64,000 nucleotides of DNA, taken from positions 472 through 64,471 of the forward strand of contig JBKQUY010000102.1 of assembly GCA_052325425.1 (NCBI GenBank), read 5' to 3'. Origin of the DNA: Bacteroidia bacterium. GTDB taxonomy: Bacteria; Bacteroidota; Bacteroidia; JABEUT01. The first letter of the stretch is position 1. Each line of letters opens with the position of its first letter. Positions 1-8,511 of the stretch are shown here, piece by piece. Below the pieces are notes generated by a model. It saw only the letters and a list, made by a program, of their open reading frames with translations. It had not been told where the DNA came from and made no database searches. The translations under genes and the position numbers were made by a program.

Positions 1-1924
1 TATAGTTTATGGTTGAATCATGTATGGAGTCTATTGTCCAGAAATAGGTATTTGTGCCATAATTGCCACCTGTTAAAATGACATTCTTTCCGCATGTGAC
101 AATTGGATTGGTGTTTATGCCCAGGTTATTGGTTATAGTGGGCGCGGGCGGATTGGGTTGAATGATTACATATATACTGTCTTTGCTTTGCAGGCAGCCG
201 TCAACCGAAGTTTGCGTAACATAGTACCAGCCCGTTTTGGTAACACTTATGCCGCCTCCCGATGCTCCTGTTGACCACTTATATGTAAAATCGGGGCCAA
301 CCTGCGGGCATGTGTTTGAAATAGCTTCTATAGATCCTGATTGACAAAACTGAACCGTGTCGGGGCAGGTAGTATCAATGCATACTCCAACAACAGGCCG
401 GTTGCAGCCGCCCCCGCTGCGGGTGAAAAAATCATAAGGCTGCCTGTTTAAATCAATAGGCTCAGCAATAAAAATATCGCTGCCACCGGCAGTATTGAAT
501 GATTCGAAATCTCCATAGCTCGCATCGGCGCAATAAGCGGTATTGCAGGTGGCAGGACTATAATTATAGCCGATATAGCTTGGGTCGCTGGTAATTATCA
601 TATCCTGGTTAAAACTTCCGGCAGTATATATCCCTCCTCCGGCAGTTACGGAAATACTATAACCAAGGTTATCCTCATGGCCGCCAATTTGCCTGCTCCA
701 TTGCCATGCACCGTTTGTATTGCTGTACCCTGCCACAAAAATATCCCAGGTTCCAACCGAGTTAAATGTTCCCTGGCCATACTGGTCGGCATAGCTGTTA
801 AACCGGCATTCAAAGTTCCCGATAATATAAGCGTTTCCTGCTCCGTCAAGCGAAATGGCATTCGATGTTACTGAATTTGAGGAGCCGTCTGACACATCCC
901 ATAATAAGTTCCCGCTTGCATCATATTTCGCGACAAAAATCCGGTTGGCATAAATATTTGAAAGCGTAACCACCGGGTTAACAAAGAAACTCAGGATGCC
1001 AGTAAAATTCCCGGTTAAATAAATATTTGCGGGGGTATTGTTGTCAACCGCTATGCCATTGGCAATATTCAGGGTTCCTCCGCCCGCCATGGTAAACCAC
1101 TGTTCCTGCCCGGCGCTGTTATACTGAACCAGGAAAATTCCGTTAAACAGGTTACTATAATGTACATTATCAAATGTAATGGTATCGGTAAACTGCCCCG
1201 TTACATATACATTTCCCGAAGCATCGCAGCCCACCCCAAGCCCCCTGTCGGTATGCGGCCCTGAGCCCATCTGCGCCCACAAAAAATTACCGTTGCCGTC
1301 GAGTTTCGTGGTAAATATGTTGATATTGTTATTGTCGCTGGTAAGGTTAAATGCCCCAAACGAGGCAGTTCCGGCAAATTCCCCGGTAACCAATACATTG
1401 CCTCCGTTATCTACCGTTATGGCATTGCCTATATCAGCCATAGGGCCACCGGCGCTGACAGCCCATAAGGCATTACCATTAGGGTCATATTTGGCAATAA
1501 AAACATCCTGCAATCCGGCAGAAGTAATAGTATGGGTGCCGAAAGTAGCCGTGCCGTAAAAGTACCCTGTAACATAACTGTTGCCTGCGGCATCGGCTTT
1601 AATGGCCAGTCCCCTGCATGCACCGGAGCCTCCGGCATTTTCAGCCCATTGGAATACCCCGTTGGCATTGGTACAGGTTACAAAAATATCCGATGCCCCG
1701 GAGGCCGTCAGTGAAAATGTTCCAAATTTGGCGGTGCTTGAAAAATATCCTGTCGTATAGGTATTGCCGCTTCCGTCTGTCGAAATGCCGTAGGCTTCAT
1801 CGAGTGTAGGACCTCCTGCTCTCTGCATCCAATAACTTTGGCCGTAGGTGTGGTCTGATATGAATAATATCAAAACCAGGCAAAACCCTAATCGTAAACC
1901 AAAAGAATATTTTGAGAAAAACAT
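1..1924 (-). CDS. Secreted SBBP/beta-propeller repeat protein, probable T9SS substrate (runs off the left edge)
   Basis: Not in the ORF track (no stop in window). ATG at 1924 reads MFFSKYSFGLRLGFCLVLILFISDHTYGQSYWMQRAGGPTLDEAYGISTDGSGNTYTTGYF: signal peptide then SBBP-type repeats; same frame still open near base 1 (GTNTYFWTIDS). Confidence 0.85.
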   Translation of the reverse strand, partial: MFFSKYSFGLRLGFCLVLILFISDHTYGQSYWMQRAGGPTLDEAYGISTDGSGNTYTTGYFSSTAKFGTFSLTASGASDIFVTCTNANGVFQWAENAGGSGACRGLAIKADAAGNSYVTGYFYGTATFGTHTITSAGLQDVFIAKYDPNGNALWAVSAGGPMADIGNAITVDNGGNVLVTGEFAGTASFGAFNLTSDNNNINIFTTKLDGNGNFLWAQMGSGPHTDRGLGVGCDASGNVYVTGQFTDTITFDNVHYSNLFNGIFLVQYNSAGQEQWFTMAGGGTLNIANGIAVDNNTPANIYLTGNFTGILSFFVNPVVTLSNIYANRIFVAKYDASGNLLWDVSDGSSNSVTSNAISLDGAGNAYIIGNFECRFNSYADQYGQGTFNSVGTWDIFVAGYSNTNGAWQWSRQIGGHEDNLGYSISVTAGGGIYTAGSFNQDMIITSDPSYIGYNYSPATCNTAYCADASYGDFESFNTAGGSDIFIAEPIDLNRQPYDFFTRSGGGCNRPVVGVCIDTTCPDTVQFCQSGSIEAISNTCPQVGPDFTYKWSTGASGGGISVTKTGWYYVTQTSVDGCLQSKDSIYVIIQPNPPAPTITNNLGINTNPIVTCGKNVILTGGNYGTNTYFWTIDSIHDSTINY

Positions 1925-2201
1925 CTTGAGAAGTTGAATTCGTTGGTAATTAGGGCACAGTACCTTAATTGCAAATCTACGAATTTTTTCCCGATTATGC
2001 GTTTTTTAGCTATAAGGCAAACTAAATATTCGACACAGTATACGCCCTAACCCTTAATTAAGCATGTCTGTTCTCCCTATTTTATTAATATTCAACTCCC
2101 TTTCAAGGAATACAAATATTACTTATTAAAACATAGATAATAAATATCCGGTGTTGAGAGTTGCATGGAAATTGAAAATAAATATGTAACTTTACAATAG
2201 A

Positions 2202-4100
2202 ATGAAAATTAAAATAATCACTTTAGCATTTTTTTTTACTGCATTACTTAGTAATACTTTTGCTCAAATAAATTTTGTTTGGGGTAGTTTTGGCGGAATT
2301 AATTTAGTATGTGAGGGTTGGGCCGTTACTACTGATAAAAACAGTAATATTTTCTTAACCGGGGAATGTGCAGGCGGTTTTTCATTTGTCTTTGGTGGAA
2401 ATTCCTTAAAATTAATTGGAGGTGGATGGAATGATTACTTAGTTAAATTAGATGCGAATGGTTCTTCAAAATGGGTTAGGGGAGCAAATTTAGTTGGAGC
2501 TAATTCAACATCTACAGGTATTGCTATAGCTACAGACAAAAACGGGGAAATATGTGAAACAGGAATTTTTTCTGGCCGCATAGAGTTTGGTACCAATAAA
2601 TTGGTATTTGATTCTTCTGGTGGAAGTACGAATTGTTATTTAGTAAAGTACGATTCTATGGGAAATGCTTTATGGGCAACATCTCCCATTGCCAGGGTAT
2701 CTTACATTGGTCCGAATTGGGTGTCGAATTGTGGATTGGCTGTTACCACTGATGAATATAATAATGTCTACTTGGCGGGTACATTTACTGATACTATTGT
2801 TTTTGGAAATATTAAGCTTATTGATGTAACAAATACAAATCAATGCGCCATGTTTTTAGTTAAATATGACCAAAATGGGAACGTACTATGGGCAAATTCT
2901 TATGGAATAAATTCATCTGCTTGGGATTACGAAGGACTTTCTTTAGCAGTTGATAGAGATGATCATATTTATTTTGCCGGAGGTTTTGATGGCCCCTCAA
3001 TTTCTTTTGGCCAAAAGGTATTAACATGTATTGGACGTGCTATTTTTTTGACAAAGTTTGATTTGAATGGTAATGTATTATGGGCAGAATCGGCAGGTGG
3101 CACTAACTTAGATTATGCCAATAAAGTTGTGATAGATAAGAGCAATAATGTATATATAGATGGAACTATTACAAGCCCCTTGGTTACATTTGGAACGCAA
3201 ACCCTTACATGCCCTTATGCCGGCAATGAGTTTTTTATTGCAAAATATGATACCGGAGGCAATGTGTTATGGGCAAAGGCCGCGGATAACCATTCCGTAG
3301 GTTATTCTGTTGCTGTAGATTCATGTAATGATGTATTTGCTTCAGGCGGATGCCCCGGGGTTATCTCGGTAGATTCATCTGTGTTTTCAGTTGGCAACGG
3401 AGCAACTGATCCGACTTTTGTTTTAAAATTTGATTATACAGGTGTTATTCTTGCCGGGGGTGTTATTAAAAGTGGGGGAGATGATAACAATGATATTGCA
3501 ACAGATAACCAAGGGAATGTTATTATGGGTGGAGATTTTCAAGGAACAATGGTTATAGGAAAGGACACAACATCTACTGCTCCAAACCTTGAAATGGCTG
3601 GCGTATTAAAATTTTCATTGGGCTTAAATTGTTGTATAGAGAATAAAGGGGAGAATGCATGTTGTAATACTACTTTATATGCAGGGCAGTCAACGGGAAT
3701 AGGCATAAGCCCGCTTAATGATTCAACTTCATATTTTTGGTGGCCATCACAGGGATTAAACTGCCAGACATGCTCATCAGTTGTAGTTACGCCAAGTGTA
3801 ACGACTACATATTATGTAACTACATTATCAGGTAAAGATAGTAACTGTGTAACTGATGCCGTTACAATAACTATTGAACCGCCCTGCAAAGATTTTGCTG
3901 TGCCGAATGTATTTACTCCTAATGGAGATGGACTGAATGATAAGTTTTTAATTAATGCTATAGGAATGAGTGACTATGCCATTGATATATATGACCGATG
4001 GGGTATAAAGGAATTTCATGCTGATACGCCTACTATAAGCTGGGATGGAACTGATTTGAGAGGCAACAAAGTCCCTTTAGGAGCCGTAGAAGGCTTATAG
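2202..4100 (+). CDS. SBBP-repeat secreted protein with gliding-motility/T9SS type-B CTD, C-terminally interrupted by an integrative element
   Basis: Signal peptide; repeated 'LVKYDxxGNVLWA' blades; CTD motif PNVFTPNGDGLND...IYDRWG...WDG ends abruptly in element-derived LGAVEGL*. Confidence 0.9.
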   Translation: MKIKIITLAFFFTALLSNTFAQINFVWGSFGGINLVCEGWAVTTDKNSNIFLTGECAGGFSFVFGGNSLKLIGGGWNDYLVKLDANGSSKWVRGANLVGANSTSTGIAIATDKNGEICETGIFSGRIEFGTNKLVFDSSGGSTNCYLVKYDSMGNALWATSPIARVSYIGPNWVSNCGLAVTTDEYNNVYLAGTFTDTIVFGNIKLIDVTNTNQCAMFLVKYDQNGNVLWANSYGINSSAWDYEGLSLAVDRDDHIYFAGGFDGPSISFGQKVLTCIGRAIFLTKFDLNGNVLWAESAGGTNLDYANKVVIDKSNNVYIDGTITSPLVTFGTQTLTCPYAGNEFFIAKYDTGGNVLWAKAADNHSVGYSVAVDSCNDVFASGGCPGVISVDSSVFSVGNGATDPTFVLKFDYTGVILAGGVIKSGGDDNNDIATDNQGNVIMGGDFQGTMVIGKDTTSTAPNLEMAGVLKFSLGLNCCIENKGENACCNTTLYAGQSTGIGISPLNDSTSYFWWPSQGLNCQTCSSVVVTPSVTTTYYVTTLSGKDSNCVTDAVTITIEPPCKDFAVPNVFTPNGDGLNDKFLINAIGMSDYAIDIYDRWGIKEFHADTPTISWDGTDLRGNKVPLGAVEGL

Positions 4101-4118
4101 GTAGCGGGTTTTCGGGTG

Positions 4119-4142
4119 CTTTGTATAAAAAACCTGTATAAA
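4119..4142 (+). repeat. Candidate integrase arm-type sites (TGTATAAA repeats), left end
   Basis: CTTTGTATAAAAAACCTGTATAAA; same motif three times at 8252-8286 near the right end. Confidence 0.55.
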
Positions 4143-4181
4143 GTGCGCTTCATAATGCTAAGATAGTAGTTTACTTAATAC

Positions 4182-4211
4182 AAAAAAAAGCCCCCTTATA
4201 ATTAAGGGGGC
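4182..4211 (-). terminator. Rho-independent terminator for the Xis/RHH transcript
   Basis: GCCCCCTT-ATAATT-AAGGGGGC hairpin with A8 on + (U-tract on -). Confidence 0.75.
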
Positions 4212-4233
4212 AAGGTACTGGGAAAATACAGCA

Positions 4234-4560
4234 TTAAGAGGCTTTCAAGTGCTTATTCTTTTTATACATAAGAAGTATATCGGGCAAATTTTCGAGGTCT
4301 TTCGTGGCTATATTAACGCCTGAATGTCCAATATACACAGGCTTTATATAACCTGCTCTTATCAATACTCTCAAGTGAGTAGCGGAGCAGCCTCTATAAC
4401 GGGCAGCTTGGTTTATTGGCATAGACAAAGGCTTTAGTACACTTGTTTTTACTTCGTAAAGTGTTTCTGCCTGTTGTTTACATAACTCATATAAAGCCTT
4501 GTTTAACCTGTCTATTTCAGAAAGCAGGGGCTGTATATCTTCTTTGGTTAGTATTTCCAT
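4234..4560 (-). CDS. Excisionase-like HTH DNA-binding protein
   Basis: MPINQAARYRGCSATHLRVLIRAGYIKP resembles HTH_17/Xis; likely start ATG 4560 (MEILTK) rather than 4614; element context. Confidence 0.65.
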   Translation of the reverse strand: MEILTKEDIQPLLSEIDRLNKALYELCKQQAETLYEVKTSVLKPLSMPINQAARYRGCSATHLRVLIRAGYIKPVYIGHSGVNIATKDLENLPDILLMYKKNKHLKAS

Positions 4561-4988
4561 GTGTCCTCCTCTTTTTTGAATTGTGAATAAGAGTGTTCTA
4601 CTACAACCTCCCATTTGTCCTCACCTATTTTCGTTACGCCTCTGACCTCATCTATACCTATTCTTATGGTGTCTATGTGGCATGGAAGACAGTCTCTACC
4701 CGTGAGAGCATAGTAAACGCTTTTAAGCTCTTTACGGTTAAAATGAAAAACTTGTTTACTGGGCGGTGGCAGGAAAATTTGTTTACTGTGTGTTACAGTG
4801 TCTTTCATGGGTATTGCCTCATGCGATACTTGATGATTTTCCTGTATTTCTTTACCTGCAAATTCATGGGCGGACAATCCTATTGCTTGTCCTTTCTCAT
4901 GTAGCGTATCAAATACGTCTGCTGGCAAGCGAAAAGTAATTGTCTTTGTTTGATTTGATTCGGGCTTTTCTGATTTTTCGGTTTTCAT
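4548..4988 (-). CDS. Ribbon-helix-helix-like DNA-binding protein
   Basis: N-terminal TKTITFRLPADVFDTLHEKGQAIGLSAHEF fits the RHH/CopG/MobC pattern; overlaps the Xis-like gene. Confidence 0.55.
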   Translation of the reverse strand: MKTEKSEKPESNQTKTITFRLPADVFDTLHEKGQAIGLSAHEFAGKEIQENHQVSHEAIPMKDTVTHSKQIFLPPPSKQVFHFNRKELKSVYYALTGRDCLPCHIDTIRIGIDEVRGVTKIGEDKWEVVVEHSYSQFKKEEDTWKY

Positions 4989-5330
4989 TTTATTAAGTTA
5001 TTAAATCTGTGTATTGCTAATGTTACACCCGTATTTAAGAGTGTTTCAAAAAGCAATGATTAATGATAATCTCTTATTTTTTAAAGAGAGTATCTTAATT
5101 AATGTTACACTCAAACTTGATTTGAGCGTATTCTTTAAACACAATAGAATAATTATTCTATTTATGTTTATTCGTAAATTTATTTGTGATACTTCTCTTT
5201 TTTTCATTTTTTATAAGAGATTGTATCTTATAAAGAAAGTATCTGACTATATAGTACACCCCTACAACTTGAGTGCCCGATAAAGCAAAATAGATTGTCT
5301 ATTTATGCCTGTTTACAAGTGTAAACACCG

Positions 5331-5398
5331 CAAAGATATACAAAATAATTTTGAAATAAGGTAAAAAAACGCAAAGTTTTTAGTTAATGCTATATTTG
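5331..5398. promoter_or_regulatory. Divergent Bacteroidota -7 promoter elements
   Basis: TATCTTTG on - (5331-5338) and TATATTTG on + (5391-5398) match TAnnTTTG. Confidence 0.6.
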
Positions 5399-5462
5399 CC
5401 CTACAAAATTAATGCGAATGAAATAGAACAAAGTAAACTAACATATTGGCGTTAGCTTTCTT

Positions 5463-5595
5463 GCTTTTGGAAACTTCCACAAATCCAACAATTCACAAGG
5501 ATAAGTTATACGCCCACGCAAAGCGTGGGCTTTATCTTGTCTGTGGATTAGGTGCGTGGAAGTACCTCAAAAGCGGTAGGGTAAATGTCCCACGC
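5463..5595 (+). ncRNA. Candidate structured RNA leader (long multi-stem hairpin) upstream of the lipoprotein gene
   Basis: Nested pairings GCTTTTG/CAAAAGC, CTTCCAC/GTGGAAG, AATCCA/TGGATT, ACAAGGATAA/TTATCTTGT, GCCCACGC-AAA-GCGTGGGC; second CCCACGC at 5589-5595. Confidence 0.55.
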
Positions 5596-5655
5596 TGATT
5601 TTATATAAACTAACCACCTGTTCGGGATGTTGGGGTAAACAAAAACCTTAACAAA

Positions 5656-6156
5656 ATGAAAAACAAAACAAAGTTCTTAACCGCAATTATGGCAGTAAGT
5701 ATTGCTGTAACATTCATGTCGTGTCAAAAAGGGGCAACAGGCCCAGCAGGTACTAATGGTACAAATGGAGTTGCTAACATTTCAAGCAATATCTATTCTA
5801 TTACTCCTGGTTCATGGAGTAATCCGGCAACAGGTGAGTATTTAGTGAAAGTAACCGATGCTGCAATTACAGATGCAGACAATGATGGTATTGAAGTATT
5901 TGTTTCTACTTCAACAGGGATATATTTAGGTTTACCTTCTAATAATCTTCTGGTAAGTGGCGACCAAATGGAATTTGCGTACCAAACTGGGTCAGCAAGT
6001 TTAATTTACCTTAATTCATCTGCACCTGCTTCTACCATTAATTTAAAAGTAGTGGTAATCCCACCTGCTGCAATGATAGCACACCCAAATACAAATTGGA
6101 ATGACTACAATCAGGTAAAAGCTATTATTGATGCTCAAAACATATCTAATAAATAG
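5656..6156 (+). CDS. Lipoprotein with short collagen-like Gly-X-Y stretch (element cargo)
   Basis: Signal II ending TFMSC; GATGPAGTNGTNG. Confidence 0.8.
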   Translation: MKNKTKFLTAIMAVSIAVTFMSCQKGATGPAGTNGTNGVANISSNIYSITPGSWSNPATGEYLVKVTDAAITDADNDGIEVFVSTSTGIYLGLPSNNLLVSGDQMEFAYQTGSASLIYLNSSAPASTINLKVVVIPPAAMIAHPNTNWNDYNQVKAIIDAQNISNK

Positions 6157-6189
6157 TTATTAAACGGAAAACATCTACATTGATGAAAA

Positions 6190-6216
6190 AAAAGGGGCGC
6201 AATTTGCGCCCCTTTT
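6190..6216. terminator. Bidirectional terminator palindrome, copy 1
   Basis: AAAAGGGGCGCAATTTGCGCCCCTTTT between convergent genes. Confidence 0.8.
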
Positions 6217-6243
6217 GATATAACTATAATAATTAGGGTCTTT

Positions 6244-6873
6244 TTATTGCCGTAATAATTGTTCCTTCCTTTGCCTGTCCGCTTGTAATTGCTGCAAAGC
6301 ATTATTTACTTCTTCCTGCTTTTTGGCGGGTAAGCGTCCAAAATGGAATTTTTGCACATTAATATATGCCAGACTATCTTTAGTTATTTGCTTATTAATG
6401 TTTTGTAAAGGAGAATCTCCCGCATTTGAGTTGGTAGATTGTTCAGGCTTCTTTTTAACAATATTTTCAACCCATTGTTTTGCTTTATCTACTTTGTTTA
6501 CAAGATTTTGCGCAATATTAGCTGCTACCGATTTACTTTCATCATCATATTTTTGCTGAACTGCTTGCTGGTTTGTAAATATTATAAAGCCGCAAATACC
6601 AATACCTATACGCTGGTCAATATTCTTAATATAAATATCCTGAAAAAAAGTACGGTCATCAATGCGATATAAATCATTTCCGAACCTATCAATAAAAAAA
6701 TCTGATACAGCTTGGGCGGCTGTTTTTGTTACATCTGAATTTTGGCTGCGTGTTATTTGTGCGTCTATTTTTTCTTTTATGCCATCAATACAGGCTTTTG
6801 GGGTAGGTTTAGTTACTACAAGTAAAATAGCTAATAGGCAAAGTATGCCTAAGAATATAAGTAACTTTTTCAT
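6244..6873 (-). CDS. Membrane-anchored/secreted hypothetical protein (DUF4359-like N-half), element cargo
   Basis: Hydrophobic N-terminus then VTKP...DRTFFQDIY...IGIGICGFIIF; family call from memory. Confidence 0.65.
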   Translation of the reverse strand: MKKLLIFLGILCLLAILLVVTKPTPKACIDGIKEKIDAQITRSQNSDVTKTAAQAVSDFFIDRFGNDLYRIDDRTFFQDIYIKNIDQRIGIGICGFIIFTNQQAVQQKYDDESKSVAANIAQNLVNKVDKAKQWVENIVKKKPEQSTNSNAGDSPLQNINKQITKDSLAYINVQKFHFGRLPAKKQEEVNNALQQLQADRQRKEQLLRQ

Positions 6874-6995
6874 GGTGGCAGTTTATTTAAAATTTAGTTA
6901 ATGCCTCAAACATAGCATTTTTCCAGTTTATATAACTTTTGCCCCAACTCTCTGAAAGCCTTTGTAACATCACTAAGCAAGTCTATAACTAAAGA

Positions 6996-7022
6996 AAAAG
7001 GGGTGCAATTTGCGCCCCTTTT
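6996..7022. terminator. Terminator palindrome, copy 2 (26/27 identical to 6190-6216)
   Basis: AAAAGGGGTGCAATTTGCGCCCCTTTT just downstream of the integrase stop. Confidence 0.8.
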
Positions 7023-7048
7023 TCTTAAAACAAATTACTGTTAACTAC

Positions 7049-8179
7049 CTATGCAACCCGCTTAACTTTTGTTTGCGTTATGCCCTGTAACGCTGTAAAT
7101 ACAGGCTTCATATCGTCAGGCTGAACCCCTATATATTGCATAGTCTGCATAGGGTTGGGAATACCCGACTTGCTGCAATGCCCCAATACTTTTGCAATGG
7201 TAACAATGGCAACCCCATTGCGGAATAAGTGAGTTGCAACGCTACGCCTGAAACAATGGCTTCGTATTTTCTTGTCAATCTCTGCTCTTTTTACCCATTT
7301 ATCCAGTATGTCATTGTGTCCTCTCCAGTCAAATGAGCCCTTTATTACTTTGCCCTTTCTTTCGCCTTTTATACTGTTTACAAGGTCGGCGGATAGTATT
7401 ATATCGTAAACCTTGTTACCTGTCTTTTCCTGAACCAATACAGGTATAATGTAATGGTCGCCCTGTTTCTCTATCATTTCCCAAGTCAAAGCCAGTATAT
7501 CGCTTATACGCTGCCCGCCTGTATAATATTGCAATTTGCTTATAACCTCTGTTTGATGGTCGGGGCAAGGGGTGTTAAACAGTATATTCGTTTCACTTTC
7601 AGTTAATGTTACACCGACTTTATAACTGGGTTGTATCTGAATACGCCTAATCCCCGAAAGGTCAATAGTTATAAGCCCCTGTTTTTTTGCCCGCCTCGTG
7701 TGCATCATAAATTTTCGGAATAGTTCGGCGGCATGGTTACTCCCTTTTTTCTTTGAATGAAGGTAGGTTTGAAAATTCACGCAGAAATCGAAGTCTATTT
7801 CGTCAAAATGTACTTTATCACGACCTGTAAACGTTTTTAATTTCTTAAAGATTAGCAGCATTTTTTGTCTGCTTCTCTCATTCTGAATTAAAGAGGCTTC
7901 ATATTCACCCCATCCTATAAATTCGTTGGGCTTGTAGGGCATTATATCCTGCCCTGCCTCTTTTTTAGCCTTTATTAAGGCATCCATAGCCTTTTTATAG
8001 TATGGGTCAGTCATAACCGCCTTAACATCCTTTTTATTGATTTTGGCGGGTGCTGTAAAGGGCAGTTTCACGTTCTTTAAAACTTTGCCCTTGCTTGTGT
8101 ACCTTAACCTGAAAGATACTTCACCTGTATAGGCTGAAACGTCGTCTATCAGTTGTACGCTTATTTTATCTGTTTTCAT
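7049..8179 (-). CDS. Site-specific tyrosine recombinase/integrase
   Basis: Catalytic residues: GQRISD (R), EKT (K), SHCFRR (HxxR), LGH, TMQY (Y); SAM-like 'FDEIDFDFCVNFQTYL' region. Confidence 0.95.
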   Translation of the reverse strand: MKTDKISVQLIDDVSAYTGEVSFRLRYTSKGKVLKNVKLPFTAPAKINKKDVKAVMTDPYYKKAMDALIKAKKEAGQDIMPYKPNEFIGWGEYEASLIQNERSRQKMLLIFKKLKTFTGRDKVHFDEIDFDFCVNFQTYLHSKKKGSNHAAELFRKFMMHTRRAKKQGLITIDLSGIRRIQIQPSYKVGVTLTESETNILFNTPCPDHQTEVISKLQYYTGGQRISDILALTWEMIEKQGDHYIIPVLVQEKTGNKVYDIILSADLVNSIKGERKGKVIKGSFDWRGHNDILDKWVKRAEIDKKIRSHCFRRSVATHLFRNGVAIVTIAKVLGHCSKSGIPNPMQTMQYIGVQPDDMKPVFTALQGITQTKVKRVA

Positions 8180-8409
8180 TGTTTATTGATTTTTTTTAGT
8201 AATTAATTACAGAGTTACGCCATAATAAATGGCTTCACAAGGTTTTTCATACTTTGTATAAACCTTGTACAAATAGCCCGTATAAATCAATCAGCGATAA
8301 GTAAGCGGGAATTATTTTAATACGTAAAACATCGGTGAAAGCCGCATCAATAGCGAAACGTAGAAAATAATAAGAAATATTAAAATACATTACGCCAAAA
8401 CCCTTGAAA

Positions 8410-8499
8410 GCCCCAGATGGAGTTTATTATTACATTATAAAATCTACTTGCTATAACAAAGCATACGATAAGCATGGCTTTGTCCAGGTTCTGCGATAA
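8410..8499 (+). pseudogene. Displaced 3' end (29 codons + stop) of the T9SS CTD gene starting at 2202
   Basis: Reads APDGVYYYIIKSTCYNKAYDKHGFVQVLR*, the canonical end of a type-B CTD (PDGVYYY...G.V.(V/L)LR). Confidence 0.9.
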
Positions 8500-8511
8500 T
8501 CTTTAAATTTT

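Larger units (their letters stand above)
4068..8422. mobile_element. ~4.34-kb tyrosine-integrase integrative element inserted in a T9SS CTD coding sequence
   Basis: Junction cores AAAGTCCCTTTAGGAG (4068-4083) and AAAGCCCCAGATGGAG (8407-8422); host frame resumes after the right core; contains integrase, Xis-like and RHH genes. Confidence 0.88.

Noticed and set aside
646-1809. Short ORFs listed in the track
   Set aside because: Shadows of the long minus-strand gene 1-1924
5014-5283. 89-aa ORF (and a 53-aa opposite-strand ORF) in the element
   Set aside because: AT-rich, palindrome-dense region with no protein-like features; more likely regulatory
4068-8422. Prophage or classical integron
   Set aside because: No structural, terminase or replication genes; no obvious IntI-specific insertion and no attC RYYYAAC/GTTRRRY boxes seen
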